A stretch of DNA of 64,000 nt from Paraglomus brasilianum (taxonomy: Eukaryota). Position numbers and translations under genes: made by a program. This document shows positions 39,630 to 54,845 of the stretch, piece by piece; position 1 is the first letter of the stretch, and each line of letters starts with the position of its first letter. The DNA is taken from assembly GCA_910592345.1 (NCBI GenBank), contig CAJVPI010000053.1, positions 1-64,000 of the forward strand, read 5' to 3'. The notes beneath the pieces were generated by a model, which did not search any database, had not been told where the DNA came from, and worked only from the letters and a program-made list of their open reading frames with translations.

Positions 39630-40735
39630 ATGACGATACACACAGAATCCGTTTCAACGACTTTGGAGAGTCTTAGATCAAATCCTGAAGTATATCAAAA
39701 TTTAGAGACTCTTCTAACAAATGTGAATGGCAATGTACCTCTTCACAAGCGCTTCCGGGCTTTGTTTACCTTGAAAAATCTTTGTGACGAGAAAAGTGTT
39801 GACATTATTGCCAAAGGTATGGGAATGGGCTAGAAAGAAATGATCTGTTTTGAGTATTTCTTCTCATTAATTGTTTTGAGCACAGCATTTACGGATGATT
39901 CTGCACTTCTTAAACATGAATTGGCTTACGTACTTGGTCAAATGAAGAATTCATACGCTAATGATATTCTTCGGAGTGTTTTGTCCGATAAATCACAGGA
40001 TCCCATGGTTCGACACGAGGTTTGTAGAAGCATTACTTTATCAAGGAATATGTAACTCGAAAATTTGACGCTAATATTTAAAATGTGTAGGCTGCTGAAG
40101 CTCTTGGTGCAATCGGTGATCTATCATCACTAGATATTTTGGAAGAGTACCTTGATGACGAGAATCCCGTTATACGCGAGACATGTGAACTAGCCATTGC
40201 ACGGATAAATCACGAAAATCATCCCGACAAGAGAGGAAAACCCTCTTCCAATGTCACTGTATATACATCAATCGATCCTGCTCCGCCGAATACCGACATT
40301 CAGTCGGTTTCCAGGTTGCAGGAAATATTACTCGACACAAGATTACCCCTCTTTGAACGTTATCGATCGATGTTTGCATTGCGTAATATAGGTACCAAAG
40401 AAGCCGTGCTAGCATTAAGCGAAGTGCTATTACATGACCCGTCGGCTTTGTTTAGACATGAAGTTGCTTACGTTTTTGGTCAAATGCAGAGTCCAGACAG
40501 TGTTCCGGCACTACTTAGCGCTCTAGAAAATAAAAATGAATTGTATATGGTACGTCATGAAGCAGCAGAAGCATTAGGATCAATTGCGACTTCAGAATGT
40601 CTGCCGATACTTCGGAAATTTCGAGACGACGATGAGAGAGTTGTCAAAGAAAGTTGTGAAGTAGCTTTAGACATGTACGAGTACGAAAATTCAAATGAAT
40701 TCCAATACGCTGATGGGGCGCTTGGATATCGTTAA
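39630..40735 (+). CDS. DOHH: Deoxyhypusine hydroxylase (HEAT-repeat di-iron enzyme)
   Basis: Three exons; [90 protein letters not shown]. The start could be 39579 or 39630. Confidence 0.97.
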
Positions 40736-43700
40736 CATAAAATAAAATATCATATATTTATGCATACTATTACTCATCCTTTTGATACATGAGAATCCAA
40801 TGTCATTTTAGTAAAGCCCACACTCGTTGCTGCGTCGTAAACCGTACCAAACAAACCGGTTCAGAAGAAAGAAAATGCCACAAATCTGAATCCAGCATGT
40901 TTAATACAATAGTATTTAACATTAATAACAGGAAAAAACTTATTTAACAGTACCAGGTGATTAACTGAATTAAACTTTTGAGTAAATAAATACTCATCAA
41001 CAATAAACCAAAAGCTATTAGACTAACTTTTCATTTTGCGTGTCGCTGCATTGACATCCGCCCCATATAACTCGATCTATTGCACCCCTCGCATCGTTCA
41101 AGTCGTTGCATTGTTGTTCATTTATTACTTTTGCTGTTTTCTCGTCATCCTGGACAGCATGTCAACGTTTGAAGGATTCGTTGATATTGTAAAAATAAAG
41201 CAACAGGAGTTATCAATAAGTTTCCAATTTGCTCAAACATGTGATTACGCGTAACTATAAACACCATCAACTTTTTGGGCCCGTGCGACCGACGTGAAGC
41301 TTTTCCCCTCCCTGCGCGTATCAGCGAATACTTTGAAAACTTGGCCAGTTGTTCGCTAACGGGGGCAAGCGGTTCTACGAAAAAATCTATAGCTCACAGC
41401 AAATACAAATATGCTCTTCATAATATTGTTACAGAAGGGAGCTAGTGTAAATACTGTTTTGGTTTCTTTTGGCCGTGCAGCCGGATGGCATGACCCGGTC
41501 ATAAAACTTTACAAAAAAAGGCAGTTGAGGAAGTAAAAGATTATTGAAATAACACTCTTGCTGGTACCGCCGCCGCCAAAACCACTACAAAAAAAGGGTT
41601 CAAGCAAAAAGGAGGTCCTCAGCTCCCCAACCTACGAACAACTCGTCAGCCTCCCAACCTACAAACTTAAGACCTACTTCCTTTCTTAATTCATTGCCTT
41701 TACTCTTCCATCGCCTGTTGCAACACCACAGACATGTTCTTCCGGCAAGAAAAGAGCAGCACTTAACATCAACTGCAATGCTTCGCGGTTTGGTAAAACC
41801 AAAAATGCTGGGCTCCTTCCAGGAAGATCGCCAAGGCCGTTTTTCTTTTCTAATTTCACTGTGCGGCGGTCTAATCAAAATACACGATGGATACACAGCA
41901 AGAAAGGAAAAACATCAAGACTGTGCTTAAAAAGAAACAAAACTAATATGAATATCTTTTACAACGACAAATGCTGGGCTCCTTTCCCGCAGTCGAAACA
42001 AAACCCGCAGTACTTTAACTTTAGTATTGTCACTAGAATTTCGTGGCAGTACAGGATACAAACAATAGCTAATTTAGCGTTCCATATTTTGACCGTTCCA
42101 ATTTTCGGTGGCGGACATTAAGCAGTGCTTCTCCCATCAAAAACAGTCACTTATAAATTTAGTTCAGTCATAATTCGACAATCGCTATTAGTAAATTGGT
42201 AACATCCCCTGTCGGTGAACACACCTACCTAATTTATTATTGGCTCTCCCACCCTAATAATACACCGACCGCAACAGTACCTCACCAGTCTGAAGGATTT
42301 GGAAAACGATAATTTCTTCAGGACCGACTGTTAATCCGTGAAGGATATACTAAATTACATCGTGTTGAGGGAGCCACAGATTATATCGAATGGAAACTTC
42401 AGGAAATCCGCAAATGGAGTCGACGATATTCTTGAACTTACAGAAAAAGGACAAAATAAGTGGACAATATTTGCATGGGGTGCGGCAAGTCAAGATGAAG
42501 TTGAAGAGTTCATCGATGATACTATGTGGCGGGCTTTATTGTCCCCAAATCTCGATGCAACAAAAAGGATAGAAATTCTAACAAATGTATTGTGCATATG
42601 ATGTCAACATTTGTGTGAATTACAACTTACCAAACAATTTAAAGAATGGCAATGATATGCATCGATGTTCAGTTAGAATTTATTTATTCCCGTTTATGTT
42701 ATCTAAACACAAGCCATGTGCTTTGCATAGTTTTTTCGTTGGTTTTTGATTCGGAGCTTGTCACATTGTTAAAAAAGAGACTTCTATGTATGTAAAAGTC
42801 ATTATGCTATTTAATAGAAACAAAGAGCAGGTTTTTGTGATCAAAACAAAACAAGTTTATGTGATTTGGTTTATAATTTCTTTACACACTGTAAATCTAG
42901 GATTTATATGGTAACACAATATGTATAAAACAAAACTTTGGTGAATCCAAAGTAATGATAAAGCTGTGGATCTATGTAGTGAACTATACAGATTGCACTT
43001 GTATAATTGTATATTAATCAATTTCATCAACTACGCCGCGCCGTTATTACAGAAACATATTTAACTTATCAGTATTTTCTTCAAACTATAATCAATTCGC
43101 TTTAAACGATACAAAAGGTTTGTTATTTTGCGTAGTAGATATGGTCCAATAGAAATTAGATTTTTCATGTTTTACTAGTTGATCATTGGAATCTACCAAT
43201 ACCATTTCAGGGGAGTGTACTTATAAGAGGTTTTTATACTGTATGATGTGTTGGCAATTGAACACGAGATCAAACAAGGTTGGCAATACCTACTTCGTTA
43301 AACCCATGTTGACCTTAATTTGGTTTCTATACTCACGACTCTCATGTCTTGTGTACGCAGACACTCGATTACTGCAGTGATTGGCGCTCTACTCTTATCG
43401 ATGGGACTAAATTGATAATCTGTAGGTATCATCGGGGAATGTTTATATCAAAGTAAACGCATTTATGGACAATTCGCGCATTTTTGCCAACTCGGAATTC
43501 GATGGATAAGATCGAATTTCCGTTTAGTAGCGGGAATCTGCAGTTTGCACGCGCGCTACTAAGGCGATAATAGATGAGTACGAAAAGCTATTCTAATTAA
43601 TACAACTGATCGAACTGAAAGATTGTGGATATATCAATGATCTGATTGATCTGTCGATACGATACTTGGTCGATTTTTCGATTTACCGATGTGAAACTAC

Positions 43701-45376
43701 GACTGCTTCTATTTTCACACACTATTTCTAAATTAGGACTATTGAATTGAATTTCGCAAAACTATTGTAATTTCTAAGACTATTTCTCACCGAGTACAAA
43801 AGTGTTATAAATATCCAAACGTAAGGTCTTTTTCTTTTCTTGTTCCCATTTTTTGTTTCCACTTCTATTTTTAGACAAGAACAGGAAATGAAACAAATAA
43901 TCTTATTCTGTAAATGCGCATGATCTGCGAAAATAAAATAATTAACTATAACATTGTCATGCCCATGAATAGCAAGTCTCGGCTGCTGCTTAAACAAGCA
44001 CTCTTACTAGCAAATAGGAGGTCGGCAGTTGGCATTTTTTTAAAGAATTTATTACGCCACAACCAGTAATCAAATTCGCATAAAATTTTATCATTACAGG
44101 CTGAAACCAGGTGATTTTATTAATATATTTTCAGTAAGGTATACATTCTCCATTCTTTTCGATTACAGGTTTACAACGCCGTTTCATTGACTTCACTAAA
44201 TTAATTAGAGTAGAATCGATGCAAAAATCTTCGTTCGGTCTTTGGGCATTACCACCAGCATGTACTGTTCCTAATTTTTAATACAGTAGAGAGTGGTATG
44301 TTTGTGCATTTATGTATTTCCTTGGCATCCCGCACACCCTCATTCCACAAATGTAATGTACTTACTGTTGAAGTTCTTGTTAAATGTCATTAGTATGTGA
44401 ACGGTTTTCTCGAAAAGCAGAAATAATGACAAACACAAAAAGTATCAAATTTGAGTCACTTTAACTCGTGCTTTATTTTACATTTTGTGCGTCGCGAATC
44501 CGATCTAAATTGGGTTGTTTTTGTATCATAAAAAACTTTCCAATTTTTTTTTGTCCCGCACTGTATCGGTGAATCTAGTACTTCATCGCCAATTTATGAA
44601 GTCCTGCTGATGGGTGGTAATAATTGGCTCAGGATGTTACAGTAATTAGCTGCAACTGTCTGTGCCAATGCCTTGTTTATTAGACATGTACCCGCTCAAA
44701 TGAAACCACTATCTATTCTTCTTGCATTGCTGTTTTATTTCATTTTTTTTCGGGGAGTGTTGTGTCGTATCGACTATTACGGGTGAGCAGTTAATAATCA
44801 GCACTAGGTAAAAAAAAAGCTCGTTATCTTTGCTTCCCCCGTTTTTTAAATAGTAAAATTTCCTCGTTATACCGTTATACAGTGATTGGCTGTAGCAGAT
44901 GGTTGTGCAATTTTCGGTGCCGCAATCTCACTCCGCAGCGATCACTTGATCAAATCGCATGATTAAGTTCTTATTATTATTGTGTATGTATTATGCTATA
45001 GAGTCTATAATGCTGGTAATTTGTTCCGATATACGTGTGGGACAAGTTATAAAACTAATAATAATGCAAGGGGCCTTTTAAAAGCTATCGGCAGTCTAGC
45101 AATAAACATCTCTGTCACCAAAGTATATGCCTCCCTATGATAATGAGCGAGGTTTGTAAATATAAAAAATGAATAATGCATATACTGTTAAACAGTAGAT
45201 AAGAAGAAAGTTATGCATAGTTCTAAATCTTTGTAAGTGCACTAATTTTCGTACCGACGATTGATTTGCAACGTCGAGTTCGTCGAATTATACAAGAGTG
45301 ATATTGAAAACCCTTGTTTAGTCTGTTTACCTAAAAAATATGGTTTATTAAAAGTTTATTGATGTGCACAATTAAA

Positions 45377-46969
45377 CTAATTTATTTTTGTAACTAAAAA
45401 TATTTCCCAGTCCAACCATTCAAACATATCTTCAGTAGACCTTATTGCAATCTGGTATGATAATCTTTTAGAATAAGGGAAAACAAAACTTGGACCATCA
45501 CCAAAATTTAAATCAGACTTCCCAAAACAAGGATAGTTATATTCACATTCATAAATAGCATGCTGACTATCAACAACAAAACTCACAGTGCTTTCAACCA
45601 AACTATTTTTATTTAATGAAAATATAAAACTTTCTGAAGTTGGTTTATTTGAATACTGTAATTTATTAGTTAATGAAGAGGAAGCTGTCCAAGCAATTGG
45701 GTTGTATCCACCAAGTATTTCTTCTGTATTTAACACTTTTCCAACAGCTACTGTGGGCCCTTTCCCAGCACACATTCGTCGAAAAATTTTAGGTGTATCA
45801 CTCCTATTGTTCCTATAAAGTAGGGTAAATTTATAGAAACAACTGTTCTCTCCAGATACTCTTTGACTTTCTTGGTTCCTCTTCATTGATTCCGTTATCT
45901 TTTGTGCAATCCATGTTGCTTGTTGTTCATTAATGATAACTGAGTCAATACCAGCATTAATATTAGGAGTTTTGTCCTCTTTATTAGTCTTACTATTTAT
46001 ATTATCACAAGTTGCTTGACCTTTCCTTGGAGGTAAAACTATTGATTTTGGTTTGTAATTTTTATTCATATGATAAGAAACTATATCACGCTGCAACTCT
46101 TTTGTTAATAACTCATCATATGGGACAGCTTTCTCCTGAAAATCTTCAGATGAAATATTGAAAAACCTTATATGAGGAATACAATCAGATATAATTGCTC
46201 TGACTTTAGCAACATCTTCAGATGACCAGCTGTCCGGTTCATTTATGAGTCCTGGAACTTGATTAGTAGTCCATTGTATTACTGATGTCCAAATATCAAT
46301 TTCTTCCATATTAAGTTCATCATGTTTGAGAAGAGTAATCAAGGTCTCTTTTGGTAGATTTACCAAATTATCAGACTTGAACATAATCTCTGGAGATAAT
46401 ATCATAATGTTGTCACAATAATTCAACAACTTGTTTAATAGACTTGAGGATAAGGCACATTTATGGATTGCAAAAATGTTGTGTTGTATCCATTCCTTCT
46501 GGTGACTAACCAAATAGTCTCCAACTGTGATAACAAAGTTATCTAATTCGAATCTGCAAGCGACATCTAAAAGGCTGACCCAGTTGATGACCTCACTTGA
46601 AACTTTTCCTGTGTAAATGAATCTATAAGCACAGGAAATTCGGCTGAGTAAGCAAAACGATTGCGAAATGACTGTAATATTAGCGTTTAAGTTAATAAAC
46701 ATTTACCTAAGTAAGATTTCAAAGACTTCGGATGGTACATCTTCGAAAGTCATAACTGTCCGCTGAAACTCTTCTGTATCTTCAACCATCATCTTCTCAA
46801 AATATGTGCTTCTCGTGCACAACACCACTGCATGAGCAAGAAAGATTTTATTGTTTGGCTCTCTTCCAACATTGATCGAAACATCTGTGTATTTGTTGCT
46901 TTCATAAAGCTTTTCATAATCCGATGAAAGATCTGAAGACAGATCAACTATATCAATTAAGCTAGTCAT
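45377..46969 (-). CDS. BTB/POZ-BACK-TLDc domain protein
   Basis: Exons 46707-46969 and 45377-46622. YTDVSINVG..FLAHAVVLCTRSTYF..FEILLRFIYTG; LLKHDELNMEEIDIWTSVIQW; CIPHIRFFNIS; TLLYR..GKGPTV..EEILGGYNPIAW..SFIFS..DWEIF. Confidence 0.92.
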
Positions 46970-48640
46970 TTTAATTTCGAAATGATAACTTATGTCAAGA
47001 TTTACGATAAACACGACGTATTAGTATTCCTCCGTGAATTCCGATAAAAGTTACACCAAAAACCGCGTTTCACAGCCGATCAATGATCAGGAGATCAAAT
47101 AACGCGGAAGGCGACAGTGCAACGGAGACAGGAAAATGTATCTTAATCCCATGTATTTATTGGTTTTAGAGTATAAGAAAGCGCAGTAGGCGCAGAACTA
47201 GAAATAGATATATAAGCAGTCGTGCAATCGGTTGAATAAATTCGATCTTGAATCTAATATTTGTAATAATTACATTTAATCATATAATTAATCGAATAAA
47301 CATGTTTATCAAGCAGTACTTATTTCACATTTTATAAGTATAATAAATCCCAGCAAGATAACTATTTTCGTAAATATATCCGTGTCTTAAAAATAATAAG
47401 CAATCCAAAATTGATTTTCTAGGAGAACGGAGTAAGATTAATTGTGACGTTGATTACTGTTATTAGTGAAATACGTACGGACAGACTACCGAACTTTAAT
47501 TGGGAGAAGGCTGAATTTTGGCTAAAGAAGCAGGATTTATAGCACACGTCGCGTTTTTTTTTAATCATGCTTTCTCTATAATAGCAACACCTTGTTTTTT
47601 GTATTTTTATCAATGGGAGAAATTAACGTCGTCGCTAGGTATGATAGTATTAGGTTTCTAGCAAGTCTACCATGCCGAAAACTAGAATTACCCGACCAAA
47701 TAATTGAAACAAGACTCCACTAGGCTAAACGTTAGATACCATCGGGACTATTTACTTGGCACTATTTTTCAATCGCAAGTTTAAGCCTGTAAAGCATTCT
47801 TTCAAGAGACGTTCAAGTGCGAAAGAAGACAGCCCGAGGATTTGGTTAGTAGACCTGACGACGAATAAGGAGGAGATCGAGAATTATGGAGTGAGATAGA
47901 AGGGGGTGAGAATTGTACATTGACACAGATTCAATGGTTGGAAAAAGAGCCATACATGGAATATTGCTTGCATATGCAGGTATGTTTGGTATTGTGGTGG
48001 GGTGGTGGCATATCTGATTCAGTTCAGTACAAGACTTGTTAACAAGCCTTTTTTTTTTAACTGTTCCCCTCGACAAACATAAATTGCCTTTTTTAACCTT
48101 TTTCAATTCCTCACACAACATAGTAATAGAATAAATGAGCATGCAAAGTGACAACATATCTCGCATTGCATCATATCATGAAGAAGCAGCTCCGGTTCTG
48201 ATCATGAACAAACTTCTGGTCCGTTGTCCTTCCAAGCATAAGATGTCTTTGACAAATTCCCAAGAGGCACTGTAACGAGTGTGCTGTCACTCACTGCTAT
48301 CGAAGATTATATCGCTTGTGGTAGAGATTTGTATGTACATGCATCTGATGAATCAGATGAGAATTGTTTATTACAGTCATAATGATTCTATGAATTAGGC
48401 TAATACTAATATTGGAAATTTAATTGTATTATAATATTAATATTATCAATGTTCTTTATTATTGTTATTTAGATATTCTATACTATTATTATATACATAA
48501 AGTATGATGGAATTGATATTAGTTTCGCTTGAAAGGGGTATCGGGTGTTTTCCCGAGTTGATCTTGTCCTGTGAGTCTGATAATTTTTGCGAACTGTTTT
48601 CAAATCAATAACAGATTGGTCGGTGTCGAAGCTCTGTCTC

Positions 48641-49298
48641 TTACTCCAGAGCCTTGCTTTCATTCATTAGTCTAACTACTTCATCTGCTACCCCCTCAAA
48701 GTATGTCTTCAGCTTAATGGCATTTGTCAATAGGTCTTCTACAGATTTTCGGTCTGAGACCTTTAATGGTATTGTTAAATCCAAAACCTCGTATGCAATG
48801 TAGACTTTGCCACCAACTGAATCCAGAACTGACACACTTATATGATCATTTACAACCAAAGCCCTGTCATTGGTACTGCAACCAAGGAATTGCTTATCTC
48901 TTTTGCTGCAGTAAATAGTATACGGAGTAGGCACATTCATCAATCACTTCCTCTCTAGCTGAATCGATCGGTGAGTAAACTACGCTCATACAAAATAGAT
49001 CATTTTGACTGCAAGAGGACAGGCTTTGTCCTTCCCTTCAAAGACAACATTAAAAAGCCTTTTATGGCCATCTTTACACGAGCGGAGCAATTTTTTCCAA
49101 TCTCTGATGTGCTTTGGCCGCTCAGCATCTAATTTCGAACATTCCCCAAATAGCAACTCCACACTATCATCCTTGGGTTTTTTTGCTTCTTCCTCTTCAT
49201 TTGGTTTTATTTCGCTAAAGAACAGCTTGACCCGTATGTCAGGCTTGTTCCCAAATGTCTTCGAACCCATCTCCTTCTTCCGATCATGGGATGCTTAA
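48641..49298 (-). pseudogene. Fragment of a Crinkler-associated/PD-(D/E)xK nuclease-like gene
   Basis: GNKPDIRVK..ELLFGECSK..KHIRDWKKLLRSCKD..SVSVLDSVGGKVYIAYEVLDLTIP; no clear N-terminus and a disrupted junction. Family call is from motif recall. Confidence 0.5.
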
Positions 49299-49869
49299 CC
49301 CTCAACAATTGAGACACAATTAACATGGGATGTTTGCTAAGAAGTTGAAAGAGAAAACGTACGCATCTGACCATTCTAAAAAATTAGCTATCAAATTGTG
49401 TGAACTCAGAATCTAAAGCCTAGGACTGGGATTTGTCAGGGCCATGAAATATGTTTACGTTCAGTGTCGACGGGGATACGGAGAGCCAGTTCAGTGGGAA
49501 ATAACATTCACCACATACGCGTTTTCACTGTAATTGATTAACGAGATTGGAGGCATACATGTCTATATATTCCGCCTTTGAATGTTTAGTTCCAAAGCAC
49601 AACCATTCGGCACTGAGAGTCTGTGAGAGTGAACAGTAAATAGGCGCTTGCAATTATGTAAAAATTGGCATCACAATCACGGTTGTATCTTTGGCTTTAG
49701 TTGCTCAGCTATCTCAGCCGAGACTTCATGTCGAAGAACGCTTGACATGTGTATATAACTTAGCATTGAGCGAGAGAATGATATCACTGTATACTGGTTG
49801 CACCGAATTGTCCGACCATCCGTAATTATATAAACACATCAAAATCCACACCGAAATTAAAAAAAAAAA

Positions 49870-52055
49870 ATGGATTATAAACCACGTGTTGCAATTATTG
49901 GTGCTGGTATGATCGAAGCGAGAATGTTGACTTACATATGGTTTTTTTCGACAGAAACGTTCACATCATCCTTCCATGCTTAAATTAAGGTGTTACTGGT
50001 TTAATTGCCATTAAGCAATGTTTGGTCGCTGAATTGGAACCTATCTGCTTCGAACAGACCGACCATACTGGTGGATTATGGAGATATACTGAAGTTACCG
50101 AGGAAAATCAAAACCCTCATTCTTCTGTATATCGTAGTACCATCATCAACACATGTAAAGAACATGTATGTGTATGTCAATTAACTTTCCATATTGAGGT
50201 TAGGAATTTTTTCATGTATCTTAAAACTACGCAGATGACATTGTCTGATTTCCCAATTCCGGAAGATTGGCCGACGTTTCTTCCGCACTATAAAGTGGCA
50301 GAGTAAATATTAAAAATTTGCGCGTTAATATTGAATGCTGATCCTACGGACTAATGGCATAATCTCTCCACAAGATACTACGACTTGTATGCGGATAAAT
50401 TCAACCTATGGCCGCATGTCCGATTTAACACAACAATATTGAATGCGTCTATGATCCCAGAGACAAAGAAATGGAAAATTGCATCGATTAAAAAGGGTGG
50501 AGAAAAGGAAGAAGAAGAATTTGATTATGTTATGGTATGTACTGGACATCATAGCGTTCCCCGATTGCCAAATTACCAGGGGATGAAGACATTCCCTGGT
50601 AAGCAGATACATTCTCACTTTTACAAAGAGTAAGTGGATTCGATTGTTCAATGAGTGAAGCGCAAATTAATATGCACATTTAAGAAGCTAAATAATATTA
50701 TTGCAGACCATTTGCATACGCTGGCAAACGCGTTGTGGTTGTTGGAGTTGGTAACAGGTGAATGCAAAATGATCATTGGTGTCCTTGTATTAAATCGACA
50801 TCTAATCGCTTTGCAATGTTTCCAGTGGCATGGACATATCTGTAGAGTTATCTCACTATGCATCACAAGTCTACCTAGTATCCCGTAGAGGTATCAAACT
50901 TTTTGCTTATTGTTCATATTACTCATTTATCGCGTGACACATTCTACAATAACGTTTTTTCTATAAGGCAGACTTCCCTGGATCCTGCCCCGCCGAGGTC
51001 CCTTCGGACGACCATTTGATCACTCAAACTCGCGCTTCGCCGGCTTGCTTCCTGGCTTTATCAGGAACTATATTGTCCGCCTATTCATCTCGCTTACCAC
51101 CGGCCTACCTCCCAAGCACCTCCAACCGTTGTATCCATTTTCCGCTGCTCATCCATCAGTAAAGCCAGATTTTCTTGATCGGCTTTCAACCGGAACGATT
51201 GTGGTGAAACCCGATATTTTGTCATTGACGACTGATGGATCCGTGTCTTTTGTTGATAACACAATTGTCGATAATATTGATGTTATTTTTTACTGTACTG
51301 GATACAACAATGAAGTACGCTTTATGGATACGGAAATCATCAATGGTGGAGATATTGTCAGAAAGAATTTTGACGAAGGAGAATATAGGGAGAATATTAC
51401 TTGGTTATATAAATTTATGTTCCCTCCAAGATGGAGTAATATTGCATTTTTGGGATTCGTCCAGCAGATTGGGGCGATCATGCCTTTGTGGTAAGCGTTA
51501 CAACCATCGCTATAACGATTGCTAATCCTTTACTACAAGTCATTCATACAAAAATCATAAAATACCTGTAACATTACTTCCCCATCCAACAGTGAACTCC
51601 AAGCCCGTTATGTGACAGCGTTGATTAAAGGCAAGATTTCGCCTCTGCCCTCCTCCGAGGAAATGGACAAACGCATTATGGCCTACCATAATCGAAATCG
51701 TAAGAAGTTCTATGAAGCGGCCAGACACACTATGGAGATTGAAATGATGCCGTATTGCGATACAATTGCAAAGGATATTGGATGTTATCCAACATTGACG
51801 AAAGTACTGTGGAAATATGGATTTGGGATTTGGAGGAGGGTGTTATTTGGCGTTCCTACACCTATGCAAGTGAGTATGTTCTTTGAATGAAGCTCGTTGG
51901 TACAGGATAAGATTACAAATTTTTGAAGTTGTCAATAACCGATTTGCTTGATAGTATATATTGATGATTTCTCATTTTCTTCTTAGTTTCGATTGTTGGG
52001 ACCTGACAGATGGCCCGATGCTGCCAAATGGATTCGTATATATAACAAAAGCTGA
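49870..52055 (+). CDS. Flavin-containing monooxygenase (class B, FMO-like)
   Basis: Spliced: RVAIIGAGVTGL (FAD), GGLWRY, SVYRSTIINT, SDFPIP, FPGKQIHSHFY (FxGxxxHxxxY), VVVVGVGNSGMD (NADPH), FYCTGY, ELQARY; stop at 52053-52055. Confidence 0.95.
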
Positions 52056-52839
52056 ATGGAACTGATAAATACTTTTATAATTGTTATAATGGCGACGGTA
52101 GAATTTATTGACCTGTCAACATTCAGTTTGTGGAATGAACTCTGGCATTTATAATAGCGAATTGATCATGCGGAGAAAGGCGAGATTATTAAAAACACTC
52201 CCCCCTCCCCCCAGAAAATTTCCAGAACAATATTTAATAAAAAGTTCGAAAGATGACTTGTAGCTCCCGACTCTTGCTATGTTTAAAGATCGCTAATCAG
52301 TATTGGTAATATTTTGTCTCAAGATTTAATATTCGAAAAGTCTATTTTTCATACGTAATATTTTATATGTGCTAACTCTATTGGACTGAAAATCTTCGTT
52401 TATGCGAATGTCACCCTGCAAAAAGAAAAAGCTTTTTGTAACCGCGTAATACCCATTGTACTAATACTATTGTGGTCAAAAAAAGGAACAGAAAAATCTA
52501 TGCAAGCCGTAACTGTCGCTATATCTATACAAAAAAAAGTATTAAGCTGCGGAAATGCATGCAATTAAGTTTCGTGAACGTGGAATCTTTGGTTGTTAGA
52601 AATACTGTACGTGAATATTGCTGACGTTAATAAACAAATCGCATGCGTATACCATATCCACAATCATACAAAATACTTTACTGATGGATAGTATTCCATT
52701 CTCGTTCTTCATTCTTTGAATTCTTATACTTTTGGAAATGAGTCAATTTCCAAGGAAATATATCATTTTTTAGTAATGCTCTTCAATTCGATAGACATAC
52801 AGTATCCTTTATAGTGTATTGTATATCTCAACAATTACG

Positions 52840-53390
52840 CAACATAGAGAAATAAAAATAAGTTTATTTAAAGCTTCTCGATTACTTTATTAAATGTAAA
52901 AATTTTAGTACGAAATTCTATCTCCATTTTTTGCAGTTCACTGATAATTGTTTTAATTCACTAATCTCTTTGGGCATTCTTTTTTCCACGCTATTCTAAT
53001 AGAACTGTTGGATAATTCTATAACACGAATATTGGTTTGCGATAAAAATCCTTTGCAGCACGAGACGTGTGCTTGGGATCATTATCTTGTTGTAAAAGTC
53101 AGCTTTTACCATACAATAGTTGGCCAACAGGAAGAAAGAAGCTGGGCTTGCAAAATATTCATTATCCATTATTTCTGTAAAACAAACAAGGCGGCAAACG
53201 AATTGTTCGATACGGTTCGTGTGAACGGCCATATTACCACCCTTATGTTCAATGGTGCCTATCGCATTGAGTTTTCTAAGGATAGTATGAAGGGAATTTT
53301 CGGTTTTGATGTATTTTTTTTGGCAGAGGAAATTTTTGTGCTCAAGCTTTATGTTTACATTTTACAGAAAAAAAATAGGTTTTTTTGTTA
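52840..53390 (-). mobile_element. Tc1-family transposase remnant
   Basis: Minus strand QQDNDPKHTSRAAKDF at about 53045-53092 (second D of the DDE triad); the surrounding frame is broken; boundaries are approximate. Confidence 0.7.
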
Positions 53391-54239
53391 GCAATAAGTA
53401 AATAAACATTTATATTATTACGTAAACAACTCCCGTTTTGCTCTTGCTTCCAATCGAGAGAAATACATCCGAAATCACAGACCAGTACAGCACCAGTAAT
53501 ATTGAACGCATGTGGAAGGACGCCTGAAGCTATATATAAACAGTGTGCGATTCTTAATAATTGTGTGAACAGAATGAGCCATTTGGTCCTTCATAGCTAT
53601 AGAAATAGACCGTATCATATAGACGCTATGACAAATAGAAGAATGAATACATTCTGCTACAAGATACGTCGACTATCCGAGAAAACATGGATTCTTACGC
53701 TATAACCGCCGTAACGGGAAATTTGAAGGTTAAAACTGGTTAAAATCTCCGCAATAAAGAGATGGGTTTTTTTTAATTCAGCGACAAGTTTCTGGTAGCA
53801 ACTGATCTAGTAAAATTGAAGGCAAAACCAGAATTATGCAGAGGACTCCGGAGAATGGTCATACGAGGCATTCAAATTCATGCTGAAAAATAATGAAGAA
53901 CGCCTCAATGGGCATTATTTCTGTCGGGTTTCCAAGAGCGACAGAGGGGAAAAGTTGGAGAGAGCTTGTAAGTGACTACTTTATTGAAGAAAAAAGTTTA
54001 GAACACCTTACCGCCGTCGGATCCATCAGCGGAACCCCAGTGCGTAAAAAACGGATCACAAGGCTCATTCGAACAGCGAATATTAGAGTCCGGTCTGCTC
54101 GAGACAAGAATTCGATATTATCGACACAACAACAACAACAACATCCCGGTCAACAGTGGATTATTTGCGATAGTAGATAAGTTACCGAGTAAAAACTTCT
54201 GCCAAAACCGAGCCGTGCGTAAAATATTAGAGATTGTGT

Positions 54240-54845
54240 CGTTGACAAAAATGAATTTGCAGCAGCCACAGATATAATTTCTAAAGTTTGCAGAGGTTGC
54301 AGCTAAAAATTTTTCAAGGCATACCTACTACTCTACGCACTGTACAAGTAAGCAGTGAAGTAATTCAGAAGTTAGCTAATAAGTCTTTTTTGACACTCTG
54401 TAGTAGAAGACATACATATTACCATAAAACAAGCTTTTGAGCAAGATATCAATGAAAAGCATATCTAATACAATATAAAGAAAAGAACAGAAAGGCTTGA
54501 TATTGTAGTTCAGAGGTCCAGAGTAACATTACAGAGGGTACTCAAAAGTTTATTATTATGGACACTTTATTATTGCATAAATTGCTCAGTTTTTTATTAT
54601 TATAACAGTGTCTTTCACAATAATAAAAAATGGTTCTACTACACCACTATATTAAGGCGTTTTATGGTGAAAGAGTGGGATAGTATTCCGGACTTGATTG
54701 TAAAAAAATTGGTAAACTCGATGAAAAGATGTTGTGAGGCGATTATTAAAGGTAGTAGATTTTACAGTTTAAATGAGGTATTTTGAGTCCCAATTAACTT
54801 GTTTATTGTAATTTTACTGAGGACAAGATTTTTTGTCCCATACTG
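54240..54845 (+). mobile_element. Tc1-family remnant with right TIR
   Basis: LRRFMVKEWDSIPDLIVKKLVNSMKRCCEAIIK at about 54652-54750; ends ttttgtcccatactg|ta, and a similar end ttttgtcccgcactg|ta lies near 44549-44563. The left boundary is uncertain. Confidence 0.7.

Noticed and set aside
43180..43600. Possible Crinkler-like gene relic
   Set aside because: Fragments are too decayed to support a family call.
52802..52810. U12-type donor-like GTATCCTT motifs (also near 24490, 26701 and 62477)
   Set aside because: All are intergenic or antisense to the host gene; none coincides with a needed splice junction.
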